Shown piece after piece: positions 11,601 through 23,021 of a DNA stretch of 64,000 bases. The notes beneath the pieces are model-generated. The model made no database searches. It saw only the letters and a program-made list of their open reading frames with translations, and was not told where the DNA came from. The position numbers were made by a program, and so were the translations under genes. Positions within the stretch are counted from its first letter, which is position 1. Every line of letters begins with the position of its first letter. The stretch lies in assembly GCA_001662655.1 (NCBI GenBank), contig KV460250.1; one strand, given 5' to 3'. This stretch comes from Pseudogymnoascus verrucosus. Taxonomy: Eukaryota.

Positions 11601-12836
11601 CCTTCGCCGATGAGGTCTCATACCCCGTTCTTGTCCGCCCTAGTTACGTTCTCTCCGGTGCTGCCATGACTGTCATCCGCAGCAAGGATGAGCTGAAGGA
11701 CAAGCTTGAGGCCGCCTCCAACGTGTCACCTGACCACCCAGTTGTCATTACCAAGTTCATTGAGGGCGCTGAGGAGATTGATGTTGACGCCGTTGCATCC
11801 GATGGCAAGCTTATTATCCACGCCGTCTCTGAGCACGTTGAGCAAGCTGGTGTCCACTCTGGTGACGCCACTCTTGTCCTCCCCCCCGTCAACATCGATC
11901 AAGTCACCATGGACCGTGTCAAGGAGATTGCCATCAAGGTTGCCAAGGCTTGGTCTATCACTGGTCCCTTCAACATGCAAATCATCAAGGCACTCGACCC
12001 AGAGGGTGGTCTGCCAGCTCTTAAGGTCATCGAGTGTAACCTCCGTGCTTCCCGTTCGTTCCCATTCGTCTCCAAGGTCCTCGGTGTCAACTTCATCGAT
12101 GTCGCCACCAAGGCCCTTGTCGGCCGTGATGTCCCAGAGCCACAAGATCTGATGGCTATCAAGCGCGACTACCTTGCCACCAAGGTTCCTCAATTCTCCT
12201 GGACCCGTCTTGCCGGTGCCGACCCCTTCTTGGGCGTTGAGATGTCGTCTACCGGTGAGATCGCCTGCTTCGGTAAGGACCTCGTCGAGGCCTACTGGGC
12301 TTCCCTGCAATCCACCATGAACTTCCGCATGCCAGAGCCAGGAGAGGGTCTTCTCTTCGGTGGTGACATCACCAAGGACAAGAACGCTCTCGTTACTATC
12401 GTCGACTACCTGTCTCCTCTAGGCTACAAGCTGTTCGCCGCTGAGGATCACGTCAAGTCCTTCATCGAGAAGAACGCCAAGAACGATGTCTCCGTCGAGG
12501 TCATTGAGTTCCCCGTCAAGGACAAGCGCGAGCTCCGCAAGGTGTTCGAGAAGTACGATATCCGCGGTGTTTTCAACATCGCATTGGCCAGGGGCAAGAC
12601 GACACAGGATGTCGACTACGTCATGAGGAGGAACGCCGTCGACTTCGGCGTGCCGTTGTTCATGGAGCCAAAGGTATGTTAATTACTTGTATTTCCGATT
12701 ATTTGAGTTTACAACTAACGTGATATAGACTGCTGAGCTCTTCGCCCGCTGCATGAGCGAGAAGCTTCCTCGCAAGGAGGGCATCCCAGGAGAGGTGCGC
12801 AGGTGGTCTGATTTCATTGGTGGCAAGCCTCTGTAA
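8675..12836 (+). CDS. CPA2: Arginine-specific carbamoyl-phosphate synthase large chain with mitochondrial presequence; introns 9012-9157, 10840-11290, 12674-12728
   Basis: [71 protein letters not shown], two ATP-grasp domains and a C-terminal MGS-like domain. No glutaminase/ATCase fusion, so not URA2. Arg/Ser-rich N-terminus. Confidence 0.97.
10884..11175 (+). ncRNA. Candidate structured intronic RNA within CPA2 intron 2
   Basis: Two ~100-nt imperfect hairpins (10884-10987, 11077-11175) plus short linker hairpins, found by eye in a 451-nt intron. No family assignable. Confidence 0.4.
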
Positions 12837-13590
12837 ATCAGTCTTTTCCACGTCAGAAAGTGCAGTGTTGAAGGTTGAAAGTCGAGGGCGAAAATGTATA
12901 GTACTAAGCCAGAGAGTCGAGGAAAACCACGCGGGCCTTTCGTATGATGAGATGGGGCGACTTATCTCGGATATTTGGGTTGAAAAGTTGGCGAGATATG
13001 AAGATGAGGAAATCTATGGGGATGGGAGAGGGGCAGAGGTGGAGGATGTAGGGTTGGGAGTTTGGAAGGCTTAGTAGGCAATTGATGCATACCGTTTGAT
13101 TTTTGATATATTTCTCGACTTATATCCATGTGCCATTTAACATCTCCGCTTATTGTTCTATCTACGTCGATGCTCTCTAGCTCGAACTTGTCCTTGTTGA
13201 CAAAACTATGTATCATCTCAGCTCCAGTCTTTCGCCGTCAGCAGCCCGGTATTAACATGACACTGACTACCTCATCCCACAAGGAATTTTTGGTCCACTA
13301 TGGGGCAAAGCACGACGCCAACCTCATAGGAACACGGAGTTATGTATAATATTTTTGCCAAACCACCCAAATTTGTTATTTCATTGGGATGTAGCCAATA
13401 ATACTTGCCAGGATGGATGGTACCCCTTCGTTGCCAAAGTTTCCTCTAGCTCGTGGTAAGGAAGTTGGTGTGGCTGGCCATTCTGGCATTGCAGGTACAG
13501 TATCTCCATGATACCTTTTGCCTTTCCCTTCTGCCCCATTCTCAAAGATAGTTTCCGCGTCGAATCTCAACACTTTGTTCCTGATCATGC

Positions 13591-15114
13591 CTAGAGGACG
13601 CCGAGTTGTCCATCCAGGGTGCTCCATATGTTCGTATTCTCGTCCTTAGCCCCTCCACTTTCTGCCTCCTGTAACCATATATCTCCGCCACTGCTGTCTC
13701 CCTTCCCAGTCTTCCGGGCGCTATACCCCAGCATCTGGTCCAACCTATCCAGAGCTTTCTTCGCTTCCTCCAAAGCTGTCTTTCCTTCATCGACGTTCAC
13801 GCACACAGCTTCCATGGTATCTATACTCGATGCCTGGGCGGCATATGTCCATTCTTCAGCTCTGTGGCTAACGCCAGGACTCTCCTTAACAGCCATGTTA
13901 ACTTCCTCGGCAAAGGTCCCGGTCCCTTTGCGGCCGCGTTTCTGGGGTAATTGGTATTTAGGAAGCAGGTGGCTCTCTTCCGCCAGGCGATCAAAGACTT
14001 GGATCGTCTCCTTGTTTTGCTTGGCCAGGCTGGTAGTAAGATGGGAGCGCTGCTGACTGAGGGATTTCTGTTCGCGAGAGATTGCGAGTAGCTCGGACAG
14101 ATAGGGGGTGATGAATCCGGCCATCTCGCCAACTTCAGTGGTGTTCAGAGGTTCTTGTGGAATGTCCTTATCTTCGGTTTTTGGCGCGATGTCTGGGACA
14201 GCAGGCCTTGCGAGGGCTTCTAAAAGGCCTTTCCTTTCCCTGAGATAACGTGCATATTTCTCTCTGACTTCAGTGACGGCTTGCTCGATAGATACTTCTG
14301 AATCACGAGGTTTCGAGGGGTTCTCGGGCTGACCATCTGAATCCCCGGCCTTGCCTAATTCCTCTTCCACCCAACTGATCAGCTCGTTTCTAGTCTTCTC
14401 AAGCGCCTTTAAAGTCTGGTCGGGCTCCGCGGCTTTTAACGAGCTTTTTCGCTGCAGCTGCTTCTGTTGCTCGGCCTGGATTTTGGCCAGCAGCTCTTTC
14501 TCGGACTTGAGAAGCAATTTGGCCCGAAGTACATCCCTCTCCAAGTCTTGAATCAGGTCATCTAGATTGACCGCAGAATATTCTGAGCCACTACGGGCTG
14601 CTGACGCGATAGCTTCTTCTGGAAGCTGTGGAAGCGCTTCAATACTAGCGGCAGGTTGTTCGAGGAACGATGCAAAAGCAGGGGTTTTGATTGCTAAACT
14701 ATCAACGTATTTTTGAAGAATGCGCAAGCGCTCGAGTTTTTGCTTCTGCTTTTCCAGGGCTAAATAGGGGCCAAGAGATATCTCTTCCACTTCCTTCTCC
14801 CTGGTGATTTGTGATTCAGTGGTCAGTCTGGCAAATTCTTGGCGGGCTTTGACGTTTGCTTTTAGTGCCCTCAGGTATTCTTTCCGCAGCCCATGAGTGC
14901 CGGACGTAGTTGGGAGTTTGTTTGCTGATTCGCAGGCCAGCGAAATAGGCGCAAGTAGCTTGGCATCTCCTTTATCATCCACTTGGGACTTGAGATGGAG
15001 GGCCAGTACACGCCTGATATGGGCTACCTCCTGTCGGGTTCTAATATAAGGAGCAAGGGCTTTTTTGGCCTCCCCGAAAGCAGGATTTGTTGATGAAGGT
15101 TGTTCCATGCTCAT
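13591..15114 (-). CDS. Hypothetical coiled-coil protein (507 aa), divergent from BRR2
   Basis: Long intronless ORF rich in E/K/L/Q heptads; no recognisable catalytic motif. Confidence 0.8.
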   Translation of the reverse strand: MSMEQPSSTNPAFGEAKKALAPYIRTRQEVAHIRRVLALHLKSQVDDKGDAKLLAPISLACESANKLPTTSGTHGLRKEYLRALKANVKARQEFARLTTESQITREKEVEEISLGPYLALEKQKQKLERLRILQKYVDSLAIKTPAFASFLEQPAASIEALPQLPEEAIASAARSGSEYSAVNLDDLIQDLERDVLRAKLLLKSEKELLAKIQAEQQKQLQRKSSLKAAEPDQTLKALEKTRNELISWVEEELGKAGDSDGQPENPSKPRDSEVSIEQAVTEVREKYARYLRERKGLLEALARPAVPDIAPKTEDKDIPQEPLNTTEVGEMAGFITPYLSELLAISREQKSLSQQRSHLTTSLAKQNKETIQVFDRLAEESHLLPKYQLPQKRGRKGTGTFAEEVNMAVKESPGVSHRAEEWTYAAQASSIDTMEAVCVNVDEGKTALEEAKKALDRLDQMLGYSARKTGKGDSSGGDIWLQEAESGGAKDENTNIWSTLDGQLGVL

Positions 15115-15457
15115 AATCGATATTATGAGAGTTTGGTATCGAGTTGTTTGTTGTTGACAGCACGTGCAGCTGGACGGGAATACGCGCTATAGACGCCTAC
15201 CGCCTCTCAGCCGCCACCCTAACAGGTCTAGGCGAGGCGGCAGAGTACTCTATCAATACCGCTAAATTATTTGCAGCATTCGACGCCGTCATAAACTCAA
15301 GATCAACTCAAACGGCCAATGTTGAAGGGAGCGTCGCATTAATACATTCATTTGGCGTTTTATCGATGGACTGTCAAAGTGATATATAAAACTTTTCGAT
15401 AGCCCGTAGGGAAGGGCCATAAATCAACACAACAAAGTTTCTACCTAGGCCGCCACC

Positions 15458-18400
15458 ATGGCCGACCAACAGCGCGATGTGTCGCAATACAAATATTCGG
15501 CGATGTCCAATTTGGTCTTGCAGGCCGATAGACGATTTGTGACTCGCCGCGGCGATGAAGTTACAGGGGACCCGGAGTCACTTGCAGGGCGCCTCAGCAT
15601 CAGAGATATGGGGTCGCGCAATGCCCGCGAAGACGCGCCGAAACAGAAGAAACCTACGGGCATGCTTAATGTTGAGCGCGGAAGCTTGCGGGAAGGCGAA
15701 GATGTGTTGGAGCGAGAGCAACGGAAGCGCAAACGAGGAGAACCAGCACAACTTCGGGGTACTGGTATTCTGTCGGCAGCGGACGCACTTGTGGAGGGAA
15801 TCCGATACAGACCGAGGACACCTGCGACGAGGGCGACATACGATCTTATAATCACAACTGTGGCGAGCAATCTGGGTGACGTCCCTCACGAAGTTGTACG
15901 CAGTGCTGCGGATGCTGTGTTGGAATACCTAAAGGATGATGATATGAAGGATTTCGACAAGAAGAAGGAAGTCGATGATTTGCTGGGCACAACGATGAAT
16001 CCGAAACAATTCAATGAACTTGTCAACCTTGGGAAAAAGATTACCGATTATGAGGCCCAAGATGAAGACGAAGCCATGGGGGAGGGTGATGCCAACGGAG
16101 ATGGAGCCGAGATTGACGATCGGCAGGGTGTGGCCGTCGTGTTTGATGACGAGGAATCAGAGGATGAGGGAGGCAAACTGCTTAATGAAATCCGAGACGA
16201 ATCTTCGGAAGACGAAGAGGGCGATCAGGAGGACAACCTCGAGGCCGATGAGATAGCGAGAGCCGGAGGCGCTGGCATGGATCGAGACGAGGACGGCATG
16301 TTTGGGGAAGATGAGGCAATGACCTTAGATTCTGGTGCCGACCGCGCTGGAGCAAAGCCATCTGCAAAAGACAAATCAATCCCAGCTCGCGAAATCGACG
16401 CATATTGGCTACAGAGGCAAATTGGGCAAAACTATGCAGATGCCCACATGCAACAAGTCAAAACACAACAAGCGCTACAGATTCTTTCCGGTCTGTCTGA
16501 AGAAGGAGACGAACGGACTCTCCGTGAAATTGAGAACGACCTAATGGAACTTTTTGATTACGAGCACCATGAACTTGTTCAGAAATTGATTTCGAACCGA
16601 GACAAGGTCGTGTGGCTTACTCGTCTAGCCAAAGCAGAGGATGATGAGGCCCGGGGAGTCGTTGAGCGTGAGATTATCGCTGAAGGGCTTCGTTGGATCC
16701 TTGACGAGCTAAAGGGCCGTAAAGTCTCCGTTGACGGTGGAAAGGGCAAAAAGGTCGAAATTAAGATGGATATCGACGTACCAGAGGATTACATTAAGGG
16801 TCCAAAAGAAGAGCAGGCCAAGGATGGTGGCCTAGTTGGAGGCCTACAGCCAAGGAAACTCATTAACCTGGAGAATCTGATATTCGAGCAAGGCAACCAT
16901 CTCATGACGAACCCCAAGGTAAAGCTCCCTGAAGGATCGACGAAGAAGACTTTCAAGGGGTACGAGGAGATTCACGTACCAGCACCAAAGAAGCGCAGCG
17001 ACCCAACAGATAGAGATGTCCCTGTCTCCGAGATGCCTGAGTGGTCTCGTGTGCCATTCGGCACAACCCCAAAGCTCAACAAGATCCAGTCCAAGTGCTT
17101 TCCAACCGCATTTGGTGAAGATGGAAACATGCTCATCTGTGCGCCAACTGGAAGTGGCAAGACGAACGTCGGTATGCTGACCATTCTGAGAGAAATCGGG
17201 AAGAACAGGAATCCTGAGACCGGAGAGATCAATTTGGACGGGTTTAAGATTGTTTATATCGCCCCATTGAAGGCTCTGGTTCAGGAACAGGTTGGCAACT
17301 TTGGAGCTAGGTTAAAGCCTTACGGAATCCAGGTCTCTGAGCTTACAGGTGATCGTCAGCTCACAAAGCAACAAATTGCGGATACACAGATCATCGTCAC
17401 AACGCCAGAGAAGTGGGATGTGATTACCCGCAAGGCGACTGATATGAGCTACACCAACTTAGTGCGCCTAATCATTATTGATGAGATTCATTTGTTGCAC
17501 GATGATCGTGGACCAGTGCTGGAGAGCATCGTCAGCCGAACAATCAGAAAGATGGAGCAAACAGGAGACCCAGTACGCTTGGTTGGCCTTTCCGCGACAT
17601 TGCCCAATTATAGGGACGTTGCAAGCTTTTTGCGCGTTGACCCATTGAAGGGTATGTTCCACTTCGATGGATCTTTCCGTCCTTGCCCTTTGCGTCAGGA
17701 GTTTATTGGTATCACCGAAAAGAAGGCGATCAAGCAACTCAAGACCATGAACGACATTACTTACACGAAGGTGCTCGAGCATGTTGGCACCAACCGTAAC
17801 CAGATGATTATTTTCGTTCATTCCCGGAAGGAAACTGCCAAGACTGCCCGGTACGTCCGCGACAAGGCTCTCGAAGAGGAGACGATTAGCCAAATTCTTC
17901 GAAGTGATGCTGGTAGCCGTGAGGCCCTAACTACGGAAGCAGAGTCCGTGAACGATCGCGACCTTAAGGATTTACTACCATATGGCTTTGGCATACATCA
18001 CGCTGGAATGACCCGCCCCGATAGGACTTCCGTTGAGGACCTCTTTAATGATGGCCTTATTCAAGTCTTGGTCTGCACGGCTACCCTCGCTTGGGGTGTC
18101 AACTTGCCGGCCCATACTGTCATCATCAAGGGCACGCAGATTTATTCTCCTGAGAAGGGCAGCTGGGTCGAGTTGAGTCCTCAAGACGTATTGCAAATGT
18201 TGGGACGTGCTGGTCGCCCACAATATGATACATATGGAGAAGGTATCATCATCACTACGCAGACCGAGATGCAATACTATCTTTCTCTCCTTAACCAGCA
18301 GCTGCCCATTGAGAGTCAGTTTGTTACCCGGCTGGCTGATAACCTGAATGCTGAAATCGTTCTTGGAAACATCCGAACGAGGGACGAGGGAGTCGAGTGG

Positions 18401-21400
18401 CTGGGTTACACCTATCTCTTTGTTCGGATGTTGAGGTCGCCTGGTCTTTATCAGGTCGGCGCCGACTACGAAGAAGACAATGCCTTAGAACAAAAGCGTG
18501 TGGACCTGATCCATTCTGCTGCGGTTGTTCTGGAGAGATCGAATCTGGTTAAATACGACAAGAAAACGGGTAGGCTCCAAGCAACTGAGCTCGGCCGCAT
18601 TGCGTCGCATTACTACATCACGCATAGCAGCATGCTCACCTATAACCACCATATTCAACCATCTATCACCCCTATTGAACTTTTCAGAGTCTTCGCGTTG
18701 AGTGATGAGTTCAAGTTCATCCCCGTTAGGCAAGACGAGAAGTTGGAGCTTGCGAAGCTTTTGGGAAGAGTACCAATACCCGTCAAGGAAAGCATCGAAG
18801 AGCCGCATGCAAAGATCAACGTTCTTCTCCAGGCATATATTTCCCGTCTGAAGCTTGAAGGCTTGGCTTTGATGGCCGATTTGGTGTATGTCACTCAATC
18901 TGCTGGCCGTATTCTCCGTGCCATCTTTGAGATTACGCTGAAGAAAGGGTGGTCGTCCGTGGCCAAAACAGCGCTTGAGCTTTGCAAGATGGCAGAAAAG
19001 AGAATGTGGCCAACAATGACACCGTTGAGGCAATTCCCCAGCTGCCCCCGCGATATTATCCAGAAGGCTGAGCGAATTGACGTTCCTTGGAACAACTACT
19101 TCGACTTGGATCCTCCGCGGATGGGAGAGCTTCTCGGTCTGCCAAGAGCTGGCAAGACTGTCTGCGCTCTAATGTCCAAGTTCCCGAGACTAGAGATTCA
19201 GGCCCAGGTTCAGCCCATGACCAGGTCCATGCTGCGGATCGAGTTATCAATCACACCCAAGTTCGAATGGGATGACGAGGTGCACGGTACAGCCGAGAGC
19301 TTCTGGATTATCGCCGAGGACTGTGACGGGGAGGAAATTCTCTTCCACGACCAATTTATTTTGCGTAAGGATTATGCTCAGGCTGAAATGAATGAGCACC
19401 TGGTCGAATTTACCGTTCCAATTTCGGAGCCAATGCCACCCAACTATTTCATTACATTAGTTTCGGATCGTTGGATGCATTCGGAGACCAAGCTTGCCGT
19501 CTCATTCCAGAAACTGATCTTACCAGAGAAGTTCCCCCCTCACACACCACTTTTGGATCTGCAGCCTTTGCCAGTGTCCGCGCTCAAAGCCCAAGACTAC
19601 GTTGCATTATATCCAAAGTGGGAATGGTTCAATAAGGTTCAGACACAAACATTCAACTCGCTTTACACGACGGATGAGAATGTGTTTGTTGGAGCTTCAA
19701 CTGGTAATGGTAAAACAGTCTGTGCCGAATTTGCGCTCCTACACCACTGGTCGAAACCGGAGGCAGGCCGCGCCGTTTACATTGCACCGTTCCAAGAGCT
19801 TGTCGATTTGAGACTCCAGGATTGGAAAGCACGCTTGTCGAATATCCGTGGAGGGAAGGAAATTGTCAAATTGACTGGAGAAACAACTGCAGACCTCAAG
19901 CTCCTAGAAAGGGGCGATCTTATTCTCGCTACTCCGACGCAGTGGGATGTACTCTCCAGACAATGGCAACGCCGAAAGAACATCCAAAACATCCAACTCT
20001 TCATCGCAGACGAGCTCCATATGTTGGGAGGCCAGAGCGGCTATGTTTATGAGATTGTGGTTTCTCGTATGCACTACATTCGCTCCCAGACACAACTTCC
20101 TATGCGCATCGTTGGTCTTAGTGTTCCGCTGGCAAATGCACGCGACATCGGCGAATGGATTGATGCAAAGAAACATACAATCTACAACTTCAGTACTCAC
20201 GTCAGATCCGTTCCCCTGGAGCTTCATATTCAGTCTTTCACCATCCCGCATTTCCCATCGCTTATGCTCGCGATGGCAAAGCCTACGTATCTCAGCATAT
20301 TACAAATGTCTCCAGATAAGCCTGCCATAGTATTTGTGCCGAACAGGAAACAAGCTCGCAATACTACTCGCGACTTGCTGACTGCTTGTGTTGCGAATGA
20401 CGACGAGGATCGCTTTTTGCACGCAGACAGCGAGCAGCTGAAACCTCTGTTGGAACGGATTCATGAAGAGGCACTTGCGGAATCTCTTTCACACGGTATT
20501 GGCTACTACCATGAGGCACTAAGCACCAGCGACAAACGGATTGTCAAGCACCTTTACGACAACGGAGCTATCCAAGTCCTGGTCGCATCAAGAGATGTAT
20601 GCTGGGAGCTCGATTGCACCGCACACCTGGTCATCGTCATGGGGACCCAATATTTTGAGGGGCGGGAGCATCGTTATGTGGACTACCCGTTGAGTGAAGT
20701 TCTGCAGATGTTTGGCAAAGCGACTCGGCCACTTGAAGACACCATGAGCAGAGGCGTGCTTATGGTTCCTGCAGTCAAGCGCGACTATTACAAGAAATTT
20801 TTGGCCGAAGCGCTTCCTATCGAGAGTCATCTCCAGGTTGTCTTGCACGACGCATTCGTCTCCGAGATTAGCACGAAGATGATCGAATCTGCTGATGATG
20901 CGATTAACTGGACGACTTTCACATATTTCTACCGTCGACTGCTGGCGAATCCCAGCTACTACAGTCTTACAGACACCTCTCATGAAGGCCTAAGCGCTCA
21001 TCTTTCTGAGTTAGTAGAGACAACACTAAAGGATCTCTCCGATTCCAAAATCATTGATCTGGATGAGGAGGATGATTCGGTGACGCCTCTCAATGCTGCC
21101 ATGATCGCCGCTTACTACAACATCTCCTACATCACAATGCAAACCTTCCTGCTATCACTCAGTGGGCGGACAAAGCTCAAGGGTGTGCTAGAGATTGTGA
21201 CCTCGGCCACGGAGTTTGAGACCATTCAGATAAGGCGCCATGAAGACAGTTTACTTCGTCGTATCTACGATAGGGCTCCAGTCAAGATGGCAGAACCAAG
21301 CTATGACTCTCCGCATTTCAAGGCGTTTGTGCTTCTCCAAGCACATTTCTCCAGGATGCAGCTCCCTATAGATCTTGCAAAGGATCAGGAGATAATACTA

Positions 21401-22177
21401 ACGAAGGTGCTTGGCCTACTGAGCGCCACTGTTGATGTGTTGTCTTCTGATGGTCATATCAATGCTATGAATGCGATGGAGATGTCTCAGATGGTCGTTC
21501 AAGGCATGTGGGATCGGGATAGTCCTCTTAAACAGATCCCCCACTTCACACCGGAGGTCATCAAGGCTGCTAATAGTGCTGGGTATGTACCCCACCTCCC
21601 TATTCTTAACAATGCTAACCATTATTCTTTCATTAGTGTTGAGGATATTTTTGGATTCATGGAGGCAATGGATCCTTCTGAAAATCCAAACTACGGCGCA
21701 CTCGTGAAGAAACTGGGCTTGACACAGGCACAGTTGGGACAGGCTGCGAATTTCACGAACTCGAAATATCCAAATATTGAGCTGGAGTTCGAGCTTGAAG
21801 ACCCGGAGGATATCACCGCTGGTGTTCCTTCATACATCAAAGTCAAGATCGAGCGCGAAGAAGACGAAGATGATGAGACTACAGAGGTCGACACAACCGT
21901 TCACGCACCGTTTTATCCAGTCAAGAAGATGGAAAATTGGTGGTTGGTTGTTGGCGAGGAGAGCACAAAAACTTTGCTTGCGATCAAACGCATCACCATT
22001 GGCAAGAAGTTGAATCTACGGTTGGAATATACGGTACCGACAGCTGGCAAGCACGATCTGAAGCTATTTTTGATGAGCGACAGTTATGTTGGTGTCGACC
22101 AGGATCCCAGCTTCACAGTGAATGTTGCTGAAGGAGAAGATGATGACGAGGAGGATGAAGATGAGGATATGGAATAG
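15458..22177 (+). CDS. BRR2: U5 snRNP 200 kDa Ski2-like RNA helicase Brr2; likely 54-nt intron at 21583-21636
   Basis: QYKYSAMSNLVLQADRRF N-terminus; first cassette APTGSGKT, DEIH, SAT, QMLGRAGRPQYD; second degenerate cassette ASTGNGKT, DELH; two Sec63 domains. Confidence 0.98.
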   Translation: MADQQRDVSQYKYSAMSNLVLQADRRFVTRRGDEVTGDPESLAGRLSIRDMGSRNAREDAPKQKKPTGMLNVERGSLREGEDVLEREQRKRKRGEPAQLRGTGILSAADALVEGIRYRPRTPATRATYDLIITTVASNLGDVPHEVVRSAADAVLEYLKDDDMKDFDKKKEVDDLLGTTMNPKQFNELVNLGKKITDYEAQDEDEAMGEGDANGDGAEIDDRQGVAVVFDDEESEDEGGKLLNEIRDESSEDEEGDQEDNLEADEIARAGGAGMDRDEDGMFGEDEAMTLDSGADRAGAKPSAKDKSIPAREIDAYWLQRQIGQNYADAHMQQVKTQQALQILSGLSEEGDERTLREIENDLMELFDYEHHELVQKLISNRDKVVWLTRLAKAEDDEARGVVEREIIAEGLRWILDELKGRKVSVDGGKGKKVEIKMDIDVPEDYIKGPKEEQAKDGGLVGGLQPRKLINLENLIFEQGNHLMTNPKVKLPEGSTKKTFKGYEEIHVPAPKKRSDPTDRDVPVSEMPEWSRVPFGTTPKLNKIQSKCFPTAFGEDGNMLICAPTGSGKTNVGMLTILREIGKNRNPETGEINLDGFKIVYIAPLKALVQEQVGNFGARLKPYGIQVSELTGDRQLTKQQIADTQIIVTTPEKWDVITRKATDMSYTNLVRLIIIDEIHLLHDDRGPVLESIVSRTIRKMEQTGDPVRLVGLSATLPNYRDVASFLRVDPLKGMFHFDGSFRPCPLRQEFIGITEKKAIKQLKTMNDITYTKVLEHVGTNRNQMIIFVHSRKETAKTARYVRDKALEEETISQILRSDAGSREALTTEAESVNDRDLKDLLPYGFGIHHAGMTRPDRTSVEDLFNDGLIQVLVCTATLAWGVNLPAHTVIIKGTQIYSPEKGSWVELSPQDVLQMLGRAGRPQYDTYGEGIIITTQTEMQYYLSLLNQQLPIESQFVTRLADNLNAEIVLGNIRTRDEGVEWLGYTYLFVRMLRSPGLYQVGADYEEDNALEQKRVDLIHSAAVVLERSNLVKYDKKTGRLQATELGRIASHYYITHSSMLTYNHHIQPSITPIELFRVFALSDEFKFIPVRQDEKLELAKLLGRVPIPVKESIEEPHAKINVLLQAYISRLKLEGLALMADLVYVTQSAGRILRAIFEITLKKGWSSVAKTALELCKMAEKRMWPTMTPLRQFPSCPRDIIQKAERIDVPWNNYFDLDPPRMGELLGLPRAGKTVCALMSKFPRLEIQAQVQPMTRSMLRIELSITPKFEWDDEVHGTAESFWIIAEDCDGEEILFHDQFILRKDYAQAEMNEHLVEFTVPISEPMPPNYFITLVSDRWMHSETKLAVSFQKLILPEKFPPHTPLLDLQPLPVSALKAQDYVALYPKWEWFNKVQTQTFNSLYTTDENVFVGASTGNGKTVCAEFALLHHWSKPEAGRAVYIAPFQELVDLRLQDWKARLSNIRGGKEIVKLTGETTADLKLLERGDLILATPTQWDVLSRQWQRRKNIQNIQLFIADELHMLGGQSGYVYEIVVSRMHYIRSQTQLPMRIVGLSVPLANARDIGEWIDAKKHTIYNFSTHVRSVPLELHIQSFTIPHFPSLMLAMAKPTYLSILQMSPDKPAIVFVPNRKQARNTTRDLLTACVANDDEDRFLHADSEQLKPLLERIHEEALAESLSHGIGYYHEALSTSDKRIVKHLYDNGAIQVLVASRDVCWELDCTAHLVIVMGTQYFEGREHRYVDYPLSEVLQMFGKATRPLEDTMSRGVLMVPAVKRDYYKKFLAEALPIESHLQVVLHDAFVSEISTKMIESADDAINWTTFTYFYRRLLANPSYYSLTDTSHEGLSAHLSELVETTLKDLSDSKIIDLDEEDDSVTPLNAAMIAAYYNISYITMQTFLLSLSGRTKLKGVLEIVTSATEFETIQIRRHEDSLLRRIYDRAPVKMAEPSYDSPHFKAFVLLQAHFSRMQLPIDLAKDQEIILTKVLGLLSATVDVLSSDGHINAMNAMEMSQMVVQGMWDRDSPLKQIPHFTPEVIKAANSAGYVPHLPILNNANHYSFISVEDIFGFMEAMDPSENPNYGALVKKLGLTQAQLGQAANFTNSKYPNIELEFELEDPEDITAGVPSYIKVKIEREEDEDDETTEVDTTVHAPFYPVKKMENWWLVVGEESTKTLLAIKRITIGKKLNLRLEYTVPTAGKHDLKLFLMSDSYVGVDQDPSFTVNVAEGEDDDEEDEDEDME

Positions 22178-23021
22178 AATAGTAAGACCCTGTTTACCCC
22201 TGAAGGAAGGGTTTGTTGTATAATAGAAAGAAATCCGGTTGGATTTTAGATCATATCAGCCATTTCCAGGTTCCCCCGTGTCACTGTTTCTGTGTCGAAT
22301 GGAGGCCACTTCGATAGTTTGGATCAGTCTATGATGTTGGATCAAGGAGTCATTTCATATGGTTGAGAGAGCAATTGTGGGTTATGCGGCTTTATTTGGT
22401 AGGAGCTTTTCATTGATTCTCGCATTTCGGTGGCTGTTCTACTTTTGGCAATTTGTTTCCACGGCAGCCTGCATTCTCGGGCCCAAAGTATTGTTGTGGA
22501 AGGTTGCAGAATCAAGTTCACCGCCACATTCTAATTCAGTGATCCTCGATCGAGACACATCTCGACTGAACACAAAATGAACCCTTTGTTTCCTTTTCAT
22601 TAATTTCAGTTCCTTCATCGATTGCGAACCTTCTCCGGCCATCTGGCATACTGTCAGCTTTCACCTCAGTGAAAGAAATCCGATCAGCATTTGTGGTCCA
22701 TAAGTACTGCGGATGCCGATTCGTGGATCAACTTGTCATCACCCTCAATATTATCGACACGTGACCAACCGCGCTATTTCTCGCGCGCTCAAACCGCGAG
22801 CTCTCCCAAGTATTTCCTCGCCAACTCCACTCTTCTACCATTGACGGCGCATCAACTCCACCGACCTACCATTGTTCACCATCATCGCAAACACTTCAAT
22901 CCAACTTTACGCGCGACTCCTAGTACTTTGCGCGTTATTTTCCTATCAGTGTCGCGAAACGCGTTCCTCAAGATAACAATCTAGATACGGCGTCACAGAA
23001 TATACCATAGAAGCCGTGGGT

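Noticed and set aside
9652..12310. Long antisense ORFs over CPA2 (348 and 194 aa), and likewise 62014-63132 and 53738-54751
   Set aside because: Shadow frames of strongly codon-biased genes; no independent motifs.
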